Origin: Nemertoderma westbladi
Lineage: Eukaryota; Animalia; Xenacoelomorpha
NCBI GenBank assembly: GCA_032718475.1
Contig: JAUCBJ010008805.1
Coordinates: forward strand, 1-54,084
Reading direction: 5' to 3'
Length of the DNA: 54,084 bases
The notes below the pieces were generated by a model. It was not told the origin of the DNA and searched no databases. It saw nothing but the letters and a program-made list of their open reading frames with translations. This document shows positions 26,501-38,500 of this stretch, piece by piece. How positions within the stretch are numbered: position 1 is the first letter of the stretch; the number at the start of each line of letters is the position of its first letter. A program made the translations under genes and the position numbers.

Positions 26501-29500
26501 TATTCCAATGGGCGCAGATACCCTACTACCGTCCGAGAATTGTCGTGTTTCCGTCGATGTGGCGTAAGTGGCCGTCTTGGTGGATGTTGTCTGGGGTTTT
26601 TGTCGGTTTGACGATGGCAAGGTGATTCCTTCTGCTACGATGTGCTGGTCAGTGTAGTTGGATCGAGTTTCTACCACTGCTTCCCTGGATATCAAAAGGT
26701 ACACATCTTCCAGTTTTAAGAATCCACCCCGCTCTTCCCGCTGGTATTCGATCTTCCTCCACTCCCGACGAAGTCGATGGTGGAGTCGTCCTATGATCTT
26801 TAATAGGACTGTAGGGGTATTCCCGTAGTCAAGTTGTCCAATGGATCTCAAAGTAGTGATAGCGTTCTTTATTTCGTCAGCCAGTTTCAATAAGTCGACG
26901 GGTTTAGTAATAGCCCCTCCCTTACAGAGTTCCTCTATCACTGACCTGGCCATGCTGACTGTACCTCCGTAGATCGAAGTTAAACGATCGTACGCTAGTT
27001 CGAAGGCGTCCGGTACACCAACGAAGGTCTCCGCCAAACGTTTAGGTTCTCCCGACAACGTTTGAAGCAGGTAATTAAACTTCTCCCGTGATGTAAAGGC
27101 GCACACGGCGATCTGAGATTCGATATAGTCTACGAAAGTGTGCCAGTGTTTTGAGCTACCGGAAAACTTAGGTGGTTGTTGCACCGGTAGTCCTTGTCTA
27201 GCTGCGAATTTCGCTATTTCTTCTGCAACGTTCAGAGTTTCGCGTCCTTGGTTGGTAATCTGGTTGATGTCCCTTCTTGGCGCTTTTCCCTGATATGCTG
27301 TGTTTTTTGAAGGTATAGTTCTTTGTGGTTCCTTCGGGTATCTATTGTGTTCGAATTCAGTGTTCCTCGAACTATCGGTTTGAGCTTCCTCCAGACGTTC
27401 CTCAATCTGAGCCAACTTGTTAACAACTGGTCGCAGGATGTCGGCGAACTGTTGTGTACTGATTGCGTCCGTTGGTTGTAACACCTTCTGTGTTGGTGTA
27501 TTTTGTGGAGGATTGTCTACAAAGGAGTTGTCTGAACGCTCGCGTTTATATTCATCGGCCGCCCCTGTTCTAAATACCTCGCGTTTCGGGTAATCCGATT
27601 CGCTCGAAGTACTACTATCATCTGGATATGGTGGTCGACGTGCTCGCGTCCGTTGCGTCATACGAATTCTAATGTTTCGTTTCGGAACATCGTCCACTGA
27701 TCTCCGTTGTTCGGTAGGCTCACAAGTCTTCCTCGAAGTCGTAGATTGCGATGTAAACTGGTTGAACGGTCGCGTATCCACTGTTCTCCGTTGTTCGGTA
27801 GGCTCACAAGTCTTCCTCGAAGTCGTAGATTGCGATGTAAACTGGTTGAACGGTGGTTGGACGACAGCGTTTGAATCCAAAGGCCTTGTAGGCCTAAACG
27901 TCATTGGGTACGTGTAGTGCGTAACGAGTTTTGGTGTCGAAGGTGGACTCACCTGTTTTGTCGTCAGTAGTGCAGGTCCAGTCAACAAACTACTACGATC
28001 TGTAATCGGTGGGTTACTTACCTTGACTTTCAAAATAGGCGACGACGTTGCTCTTGACGGTATGAATTTGTCCGGAATAACCAACCTGTGTTCCGTCGCA
28101 CCATGGATAGGAGAAATATCACTACTACCCGCAATCGAAACAGGTTCCTTAGTTGTAACTGGTGCGAACATAGGGGTTACTTGAGGGAATCTTTGACATA
28201 AGTCTTTAACTAATTGTCGTTCCCGTCCAGGTGCTCCTATCGAACCTTCCTTCATTCGTTCCTGGATTTGGCGGTGCCTTACCTCTATCTGGTCCAAATC
28301 ATGTCCGTCACGAGATCTCATCGATCGATCGCGGGCTAGAAGATCCAGATTTTCCTTGGCTTCGGCTAATTCTCTCGCCTTCTTCTCAAGTTCGAAACGA
28401 AGTTTAACTTCCTTTTCTCGTTGTTCCGTTTGTTGTTGTTGCGCCTCGAACTCCGCTTGTCGTATAGCTGATTGAGCTTTTATTTGCCGTGTCTTCATCT
28501 CGACTCTGGCTTCTGAAACTAACCTTTTTCTTTCTAACTCTGCCGCTGCCGTTTGTCGCTCTAACTCGGCTGCTGCCGTTTGTCGCTCTAACTCGGCTGC
28601 TGCCGTTCGTTGCGCTAACTCGGCTGCCACCGTTTGTCGCTCTAACTCGGCCGCTGCCACTGCCGTTTGTCGCTCTAACTCGGCTGCTGCCGTTCGTTGC
28701 GCTAACTCGGCTGCCGCCGCTTGTTGGGCAATGTCCAACTCTAACCTTTCCATTTCGGCTGCTTCGAGTTCGGCTTGTTCCTGCAGATGAGAGATTCTCG
28801 CTACATTCGCAACGCGTATTTTCTCTTCCTCCACCGCTGCTTGTATCATTAGCAGTTGAGTTTGTTCTTCCATTTCGTGTTGCTGTCTGTAGAACTGTTG
28901 CTGTTGTCGAGCAACTTCTGACGTGACCATACTTCCCTCGCCAATTTCGCTACGAATACTTACCAACAATTGATCCAGTATTCCCGGTGCCGATTCGATT
29001 CGTACGGGTGAAGTTTCCCTCGTATATTCCGGCACGGTTTCCAAATCGCCGACGTCTTCGCCGCACATTCGTAAGTGGTCCGTCAGATGTTTCAATTGTC
29101 CATCTAGCCTATACAGTTCCTGTTCTTCCTCGGGTTGTAATAATTCGTCCGAAACTGACTCACCTAACAACTGGTCTGCTTGTTCCTGTTGTATCTGTCT
29201 AATCGTCGACTTAAACTGAATCAGTTTCTCTCTAGCGATCATTAGTTTCTCGAGGATTCTAAGTTGTGTGTCCATATCCTGTCTCTGTCTAGCTAGATCT
29301 TGTAGACCAATTAGGTTATCTACGGACTTATGTACTTTACTCTGTACTCTTACCTGTAAAGTGTAGAACTCGAACCGAGACATCGGAGCGGTCAACTCGT
29401 CTAATATGCGTTGGCCTTCTCCAATACTCCTGGTTATATGCGCCATGTAACCGCCGACGCTTCTAACCACACTTTCTGTGCTTCCTACTGAACTTACCAT

Positions 29501-32500
29501 GTCCGTTTCCCTGTATCTAGGTTGCGGAACAGTTAGAAAGTCCTCGGTCCTGCCGTCGCCTCGTACTACGGCATCCGGTACTCCCGTTGGATGTACTGGT
29601 GATGCACACGGTGTAGGTTCGGTAGGCTCGCGAGTCTTCCCCTGTAGTTCTTCCGCTGCTGACTTATCCGCGTCACATGAGTCATAGTCGGTAGGTGTAT
29701 TCTTTGTATAGTCTTGTTTGTCACTCATTTCGGTAGTTGTAAGTCAAGTAAAATGTGAGTGTCAAAGTATCGAATTTACCGTATTTATATTTAAACGGTA
29801 CTAATTACAGTCATATAAAATTGGCCTACCGGCCGATTTTATAGCAGATGGATAAAATTAGCCTAAACGGCCAATTTTACAGCAAATAAATGTCATGGAA
29901 TAAGTATATAATAAAATTAGCCTAGCGGCCAATTTTATAACAAATAAATCGGATAACGATATGCGTTATCAAAAGGTAAATTAAATACAATAATACGGAC
30001 TAATTCAGCAATGAAAAAAGAAATCGTACAGAATGCATAAATACTTGAGACAGTGGAACCCACAATAATTTTAACTAATACGGTAATGCCTAACTTATTT
30101 ATGCAACTTTTCAAACTCACCCACTCCAATAATTCTCCAGAAAAACAGATTCCCAGATACAAACCGGACGTGAACCTTTCCGTTTTCAACGTTGCGGACG
30201 AAGCGCGATTTTCCCAACCAAAGTTGTTGAGTTATCTATCTCCCAAACTTGCTAAACACGGTCTTGCTCTCGTTACAGTCTAGAAATGAGTTCTGAATCC
30301 TGAAAAACAAAAGAGTTAGGTTTTACTTTTACGAAAAATTTTGTACCGGTACAATATGGTATTTAAACCCTTTTAAACACCGGTATTCAATTCCAAAATA
30401 TTTTACACGCGGTTCAAACCAAATTTTATTTCAAAATTAGCACTTAGCTAATCAAATATAAATTTTTACCTCAAAATACAAAATTTTCAAATAACTTTAG
30501 TCCTACCGAACCGTAGTTCAGTAAAACATATTCCTACTATTTGAAGAGACAGTAACAATACCTGCAATATCTTACTGTAAAGTTTGTGAATCAAATCATA
30601 AATCCGACCTTCTCACCAAAACAGTAAACTCCAAGTACCGTCAGCGAATATATTGCAGTATTGGTCCCTTATAACCGGTGAGGCAGAAAACAGTCTACGA
30701 GCAGACAAACTTCGATAAAACAAAATCCCGCGCAGCGAATCCTAAAATCAGGCTGACTCACTGACGGACTAAGGGGCTCGTATACTTTGCCGCGGTGTGA
30801 TTTATATGGTTGGGCGAAAGAGACGCTAGCTAGGTGCAGAGATTTGGAGATGTCTAACTAGCGGGCAAAGTGCAGTACGGACAAAAGTTAATTTTATATA
30901 TTTTGAGGTGTAAATAATTTCTAACGCGCGCGTGTTAATTCTGAACAGTCAAAATCAGTCTTGCTCCTTCACATATATAATTACTGGGTACGGTGTGCAT
31001 TTTACAAATATTCTAATTTTGTAACTTGTAGGTCCAATACTCACGAATAATAAGGCTCCTTCCCCTCTTGCGTATTTCCAGGACTCAAATTCAGGCATAA
31101 GGTTAATGCTACGCCCAGAATTCGGCAATTTTTTAATTTACCAGGTCCCTAATACTAAGAAGAAATGTGTTAGTTTACTACAGTAGGCGTACGGTTACAA
31201 ATATCTATCCTGGCTCTTATCTGGAATTTTAGTCACCTAGGTAGGCTGGGTAACTTCCTATCAGGACGTTGGCGGGGACACGGTAGATGTTAGTATATCC
31301 CTAATAGCCTCAATTTATTTGCGCCTAGTCGTAAACTGCCCTACCGCCTGAACGGTACAATCCTAATTCAGGTGAAACACAGCAACCCTCCTAGCCTACA
31401 AGTTCTAATGCAATGGATACCGTTGTACTACAAATAGTCGCAAACGCACCTGTACTTAGCAAGAGTTAGGCGTACAGTTTGCTGCACCCTACCAATGTGT
31501 ATGCTTCGTACCGGTGTGCCTACGTCCTATCTGCGTACTAGTATCTGCCTGCTCTATCTCCCCCCCGTAGGAATATGAAGGTCTACTGCGGTTTTTTCCT
31601 GAATCAAGACAGTACAGTCCCTAAGATGTAATTTTAGGCGTACAGCGTGTCACTACTTCTACCTTTGATCTTTGGTCTTACGCTTAGGTAGCAAGGCATC
31701 GAACGCTGTCTAACCTTTCAGGCGATGGGCAAATAACTAAGATGGTATTGCGGGTTGTCTCCTGTCTACATTCCCTTGATGTTCTCGTTCATTGCTGCGG
31801 CCCGATCTCTAGCTGGCCATCCTGTTCCTAAGTGTGTTCACCGTAGTGAATCATGGTGAAAAGAAAAGGCAGGTAGCGGTATTTCTGAGTTTATTGCAGA
31901 TAATAATACAAAATGTAATCTGAAAACTAATGACAGAATAAACAAAAATCAGATAACTCAGAATAATTGAATATATAATTGAATAACTAATGAACAAATC
32001 GCACCTTTATATAGCAAATTTGTGCTGCAATCAATCGAGAACATTCTATAATTATATTGGGTTTTTAAAGATAACCATTGGTCCAGCTAATATATAACTT
32101 GCACGACATTGGTTACAATCTAATAACTGCAGTCTCATTGGTTAATCTAGGTACAGACAAATGTAATTTAATTTGTAGCGGTCAATTTAAATGAGTTGAA
32201 ATTCTGTACAAAAAATAATTCGCACTTACTAGGATTCGAACTCAATACCTACTACATATATAATTTCCAACGCTCTACCGACTGAGCTACTGAACCACTT
32301 GACTAAACATCGTACAATAGATATAACAAATGCAAATGAGGACTCAAAGTAATCTTTTAGCAAAGTTAATTCGAATAAAAATAAAATTTTGAAAATCCAC
32401 GGCATTTAGGGAATATAATTCTATACTAGATGAAATAGAAAAAAATTGGAAAACAAGTATTTGAAAGCCAAATACAAAAGTAGGTGGAGTTTTTAATTGT

Positions 32501-35500
32501 CCCTCTAATGGTGTACCCCTATCCATGGAAACGCCATTCACCCCTGATTCACCCCTCCTCGTGGTTCAACCATCCCTGCACTTCCCGACCCCCACTATAT
32601 TCCAACGAAAAACTAACAATATAAGAATAAAGACTCTTCTTAACTAATATTTTACCTTTTTTTTTAAATATATATCTTTACAGATAAAACTATTTTTTAG
32701 TTGACGGTGGCTGGGGTGAGTGGTCATCCTGGTCTAGCAACACACAAGGTGATTGTCCTGGATCCTATTATCTTATATCCCGAAGACTATGCGACAACCC
32801 CACACCAAGTCCAAGCGGAGAGCCTTGTAATGGAGAATCCTTTCAATGCGATATCCTACCAGGTATGCTGGTATGGGTTACTAATGAATTACAGTAGTAT
32901 ACTCTAGTATGCTAATAATATTATTTTAAAAATATATCTAGAATTTACTCTATTTACATCAGGGTATTGTCAAAACAAAATTTAATTATATAAATTCTGG
33001 ATTTCCATTAACAAGATATTTAATTAAAATGTAGTCATTTTAAACCTGTGTGGTTACGGTATAAGCTCAGCTAGAGGCAGAATCTAATAACAAATAACTT
33101 ACCTACCTTTATCAAGGTAAAGTAAGTACCTACTACTGTGTAGGACAACATTAGTACAATGCGAGTTTATGTTGTCTTCAATCTCCATTTTCAATAAGGA
33201 CTGTGTAGTACTTTCGAAAATGTTCGGTTATTAATGCGTTTAGAAACTTAACGTAATATATTATTAAAACATTTATGTAAAGGAGTTGTTTTATGGTAAT
33301 TTTTAAGCAAAATAATAAAGCAAACTATATTTCAATGGTGGTCAATTTGCGCTGGAGTTTATTTATTTTAACCTGCGGTCAATCCGCCACTACCTGAATA
33401 CACCATGACCCGTAATATTAAGTGTGGGTGATGGTTTGACACGGATGCTCCCCAATCAAAATTTTTCAAAAATTTTATAGACAACCAGCTCTACTCGTTC
33501 GCTGAAGACCATTATTATTATATTCAATGTTAGACATACCATGTTCTGGAACATTTTGTTTATGTATGAATAGCTATGCAATATAGGTAATGTATAGGTA
33601 TACCGCTGTTGCCTAACTACTAAAATAAAATATATAACACGTTCTAGAATTTTGTGTATTTATTAAATATATTAAATGGGATTAAGCGAACGATAATTCT
33701 GCGAATTATATGAAACAATTGCGACGAATGTAAAGAATGGCCACGGCACGGATGGTGCGATTTCGCAATGACGCATTTTTAAAACGCTTATTAAAAAAAT
33801 AAACTCAAAATCGCGAATTATTCCGGCTTCATGGGGACATCGACGGTGAGTTGAACTAGTTGTGTTTCAAATTTCAAGCAATATGATAAAGATTTTTAGA
33901 ATAATCTGGAGGGGGGTCCGTGTCATCAGAAAATGACACTAGTACGGGTCATGGTGAATATAATATACTATTCAGAGTTTTAATGTAAGCGGATTCAATT
34001 CCCTGCACTACCCAGTGGAAAATGGTGAAAGTGGCTTTTTGCCAATTAGTTGGGAAGGTGACATTACTAATATAATGTCACCTAATAACCAACTTAGGCA
34101 ATACACATTGCCAGCCACGATCAGAGTTGAGAGGCCGTAAGCCATCTCAAGGGGACAAAGGGGCTAGCAACAAGGGATAGTGGCAACAGGGAGTGTCGAA
34201 GTGGAGATAAAATAGGTCAGCCAATGATGGGATGGGAAACCTTGTAATTGAAGTGTATCCATTGGCCAGGCCACTTAGATCAGTAGGAGTAACCAAAAGG
34301 TGTTGATAATATAACCGTTGTATTTATTGCCTATGATTCAGTTGGTATGTGTAGAGTTGTGGGACCGGAACGGCTTTTAACCGTCATCATTACCGTGCTG
34401 ATTATTATATTCTGACATTACGAACAACTGTCACTAAAACTCTATTGGTTTTTATTCGACCGGCCTACGGCCTTACCAGACTCAGATAGCAGGCCTTTCA
34501 GCAGCCCACGGACGCGGCGACGCATATAATCCAAACAACACACCGGTCGGGATCCATACTGCCAACTCCAGGATCCCGTCACATTTAATATAAAAAAACT
34601 TTTAGTATCTGAATAAATTTGTGTAATTATTTTAATATTTTTGCCTTTGTAGAGGTCAGACTCACTCCCTCTACTTGCTCAGCTTCTTCGATTTTCGACT
34701 CTAACTTTGCCTGTACTCAAGCAATGTATAACAATGGAGCAAGTTGGGCTACAAATCATCAAGGTGTTAACTCTTGGTATATTACATACTTTAGTGCCGC
34801 CAAAACAATTACACGGTTGGTATTATTGGTCACCTACACATATATAAAGGTAGAAGGTTAACAACTGTACTGTAGCAGTGATCTAGAAAGTGTTCGATTG
34901 ATTGATAGTGACGTTAGTGATAGTCACATTAGTTAAAGTTACAGTAAAGTCAGTCCAATTGGGTACCGAACCATTTTCACCGAGACAATTCGGACCCATT
35001 CCAAAAATATCCTATTTTGAATTCAATATCCTTTTTGATTAAATATATTTAGTGTTGGGAGACCTCGAGTGACAAAATAAAAAAAACAGGTTAAACTAGC
35101 TTTCACCCATAGGGCTTTATCAGGCTAATAAGAGTAACACAAATTTACCGAAAAACTGCAAATGCACTGACTGAATGACCGGTACCGTTATCTAGGCCAC
35201 ATTACAAGTATTATAGAGCCAATTATACTTAACATACTGTATATTAATTCATATCTACTGTATAGAACTTATCAATTAAATTAAATGTCACCGAATTAAT
35301 TAGAGTTTTAATGTACTACAGTAGCACCAAATATCCTAACTACAGCATAGAACGAATATCGGGATCTATCTCTGTCTCTGCCTGTCTCAGATTTAGTGAT
35401 GTAATATGATGTATTTTGTAACTCTGAAGAATTTTTATATTATATACTTGCAGATTGTATTATCAGCATAGAACAACCGGATCTTGTTTACATTGTGAAA

Positions 35501-38500
35501 GAAACAAAGGCATCTCTGTATTATTCAATACTGGAGATATTCGATATTTTACGTTGCCGAATAGCCTGTTAGTATTGTAGTTCCATTAGCCCTTATGACC
35601 CTAAATAATATCGAATCTATAAATTACAGGTTCTTGATTGCAACATGTGATGGGACTCACAAAAGAAGTGTAATTTAGGGGCACATTGGGGCAACTAGGT
35701 TTTGCTATAATTTTATTCTATATATGTTGGTCTTTGAATGGAAGCTTGGGGTGTAACAAGGCCTATCATCAAGAAATTTTGATCCCAAAATTTCTAGAAT
35801 ATATTTTTTAAAGATATTTTTGAATTTATAATGAATATCACTTTTAGTATATATTTGCAATGAAACTAGTAAATATTTGATATGAAATATGAATCATACC
35901 TTCATGCGGGCATACTGTACTCATAGGAACAATCCCGGACATGAAAATTTTGAAATAAAGTATGTTTTCCGAGGTTTTCCGATATGTCGAATCGAATGGT
36001 TTTATTGAAAAAGTGTTTGAGCACATCGGATTTTGCCTATTTTAACCGATCTTGACCTAATTTGCAGTGTACTTTAAGAGGCGTCTCAAGAAAGTCATAG
36101 GCTGTCCACAAAGCTTAGTCACTAAATGAGGCCGCCAAAGCACAAGTTTCTGCACTGGCTGGTCATCAGGGTGAACGGAATGTCAAGCAAAGCCGATATG
36201 AAACCGTTCAAGTCTCAATAGTGGGGAAGCTATTGAAATACCTCCAATGTTGGACATAGGAGTCATATGACATATCAAGCCATCCCTGGAGATTAAGCCC
36301 TATTTCTTGAGGGCTGTCAATGTTCATTGTCATAATATTATTATTGCATCCCCTCAAATTACATCCTCCCTTGCTAGTTGAGCACCAATCTCAACTGTGC
36401 ATTCTCTTCAGTTAAAATTTGGACTTCAAGGTACTTAAATTGTTTCTCCCACATGTTATCAGCATTAATTATATTTACCCTACTTGACTTAAGAATAAGA
36501 CACATACAGTAACTGTATCACACGGACTGACTCTGATATAACAGCCTTTCAATGATCCCAAGTTTGTATCAATACAAGCCGGTCATTCATTCTACCACAT
36601 CCATCAGTTGAACTATTTATTGTTTCTGATGCAGCATCCAGTGTTGATGGACAGTAACTAATAACTACCCCCGGTACTAATAGTATTCACAATATTATTG
36701 GGGTCAGATCAGGTGTTCTAGGTCATTTATCAAGACATGCAGCATAAAGAAGGTGCCACCTGTCGCTGCATAGACCATCTTAATAAGGGCAAATCTGGTG
36801 CTGTAACTGGACCCCTTTGTTCTGAGGTAAGGACGCCCTCTGAAAGAGGATTAAGGTCCCATATACTCCGATTGGCTGCAGGGGTATATGGCCTAGACAG
36901 ACGGTGATATACCAATTGCTGAACAGGAGTAGAGTACATTCATCTCCAATATTTGTACACTCCAGTGACCTGCACATGGCAGCATGGGTGCAAGACATGG
37001 CCCAGCAGATGAGCTGCATAGCCAATGGTGAGTCATGTGCATCATAGTAGGTATGGGTGATGTAGTAGGTCTTACTCCACTGCGACACACACCCTGTGTA
37101 ATGGCATTATTATTTTAATCCAAATCCATACTGGGGGTTGGGGGTGCTTTTTTGCCGACTCAGCTCTCAGGGCAAATACCATTCCACAGGGGTGTCCGGC
37201 CACTAGAGGCCAGTGGAATTACCGGACACAATTGGCCTCACAGTCGTGAGTTATCTCCTGACCTGCTGCCTGTCTCACCCCCTACTGGAGAGAGAGCGGC
37301 CGACAATTATGTGACTCCCTTTCCTGATGATCTTTCTGGCCCAACCTTGGGTCACCAGGGAGGCCAAATTGTGAGGGGAGAAGGGTGTTGGAGTTGGAGG
37401 CTGTTCTCATGTTCCACGCCGACCAACCAAGCCATTGGTAAACCTGGGGCAAGTTACTAGACTAGCCTCAGTTGATGCTAACACTCGGATCCCCAATACG
37501 ACAAGGTGAGCTGACTGCCTTGGCAGATAAGCTTTCTCTTAGTGCAGTGGGTGTTCAAGAGCACCGAATGCAGACTGGACAGACTGATGAGGTTCTGATT
37601 AGTGGCAATGGTGGAATTGGTCTATTGATAAATCCAACTGCACGAGCAGCATTGGACAAAATAGACCAAATCTCTAACCGCATCATCCGTTGCCACTTCT
37701 CATGTTCTGGAAGACTGGCTAAGAAGTTTCCGAAGGTGGTTCTGATTGTGTGCTATTCTCCAACTAGTGTTGACCCTGTAAAGGAGGTGGAAAATTTATA
37801 CTATAATCCATAAGCAGATACTGATGGAGTTTATCACCATGCAGTCTTAACATTCCTGGGAGATTTTATTGTAAGTTTGCACCAATCACCTACATTGCCC
37901 TGGGTCCATAGCGATAGTGTTAACCGAAACTCTGCCTATCTTCAGGATTTTATCTCTTGAAATGGAATGTTTTCGGCTGGAACCCAGTTCAAGAAGCGAA
38001 CTGGAAAGCTGTGGACTCATAGTGGACCCAGTGGTCACAAGTCCCAGTTAGACCATATTCTGTTTCGTAGGAAATACAGGAGCTCTATACAAGACTGTAA
38101 TGCATTTACACTTCGACCCTTTTCCAGTGATCGCCGCCTTATTGTGGCCAAGGTAAGACTTAGTCTGCGTGCTAGCAGAACAACGACATCTGCCTTGCCG
38201 CGGCATGACTGGTCCTCTTTGTTGCAACAACCAAGTGTGAGATCCAGCTTCACACTAAAGCTGAGCAACAGGTATCAGGTTCTTGCCTCTGAGGCGGCAG
38301 ATCACTGTGAGGGCTATACTGCCTTCACAGAAGCAGTTAAGTTAGCAGCTGTAGAAACAGTTCCTGTATACCCTCGAAACAGGAAAAGGGCCCCCTGGAC
38401 TGACAACAAAATTCAGAAGTGCCGAAATGACCCCTATAAGGCGCAGAAAGAGTCCCGACTCAAACAGACTACAGCGGCCAAGAATGCAGTTAAGGCTGAA

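Larger units (their letters stand above)
30538..32415 (-). repeat. 5' LTR of family A (1878 bp)
   Basis: Direct repeat of 12811-14690. Confidence 0.95.
12811..32425 (-). mobile_element. Full-length ~19.6-kb Bel/Pao LTR retrotransposon (family A) with an extra exonuclease ORF, intronic and antisense to the host gene
   Basis: Two ~1.88-kb direct repeats. TSD CTAGA(T) at 12806 and 32426, supported by the empty-site paralogue at ~43855. Domain order Gag-PR-RT-RH-IN with Bel/Pao signatures (triple knuckle, YVDD, LHCFSDAS, NPADIASRG). Confidence 0.95.

Noticed and set aside
28489-28926. Hydrophobic/Cys-rich repeat ORFs here and at 51137-51622
   Set aside because: Antisense shadows of gag alanine-rich coiled-coil repeats.
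32210-32298. Functional tRNA gene
   Set aside because: Acceptor, anticodon and T stems do not pair properly; only promoter boxes and the D-stem remain.
36730-37090. Cluster of short minus-strand ORFs
   Set aside because: No recognisable motif or splice context; probably decayed repeat.
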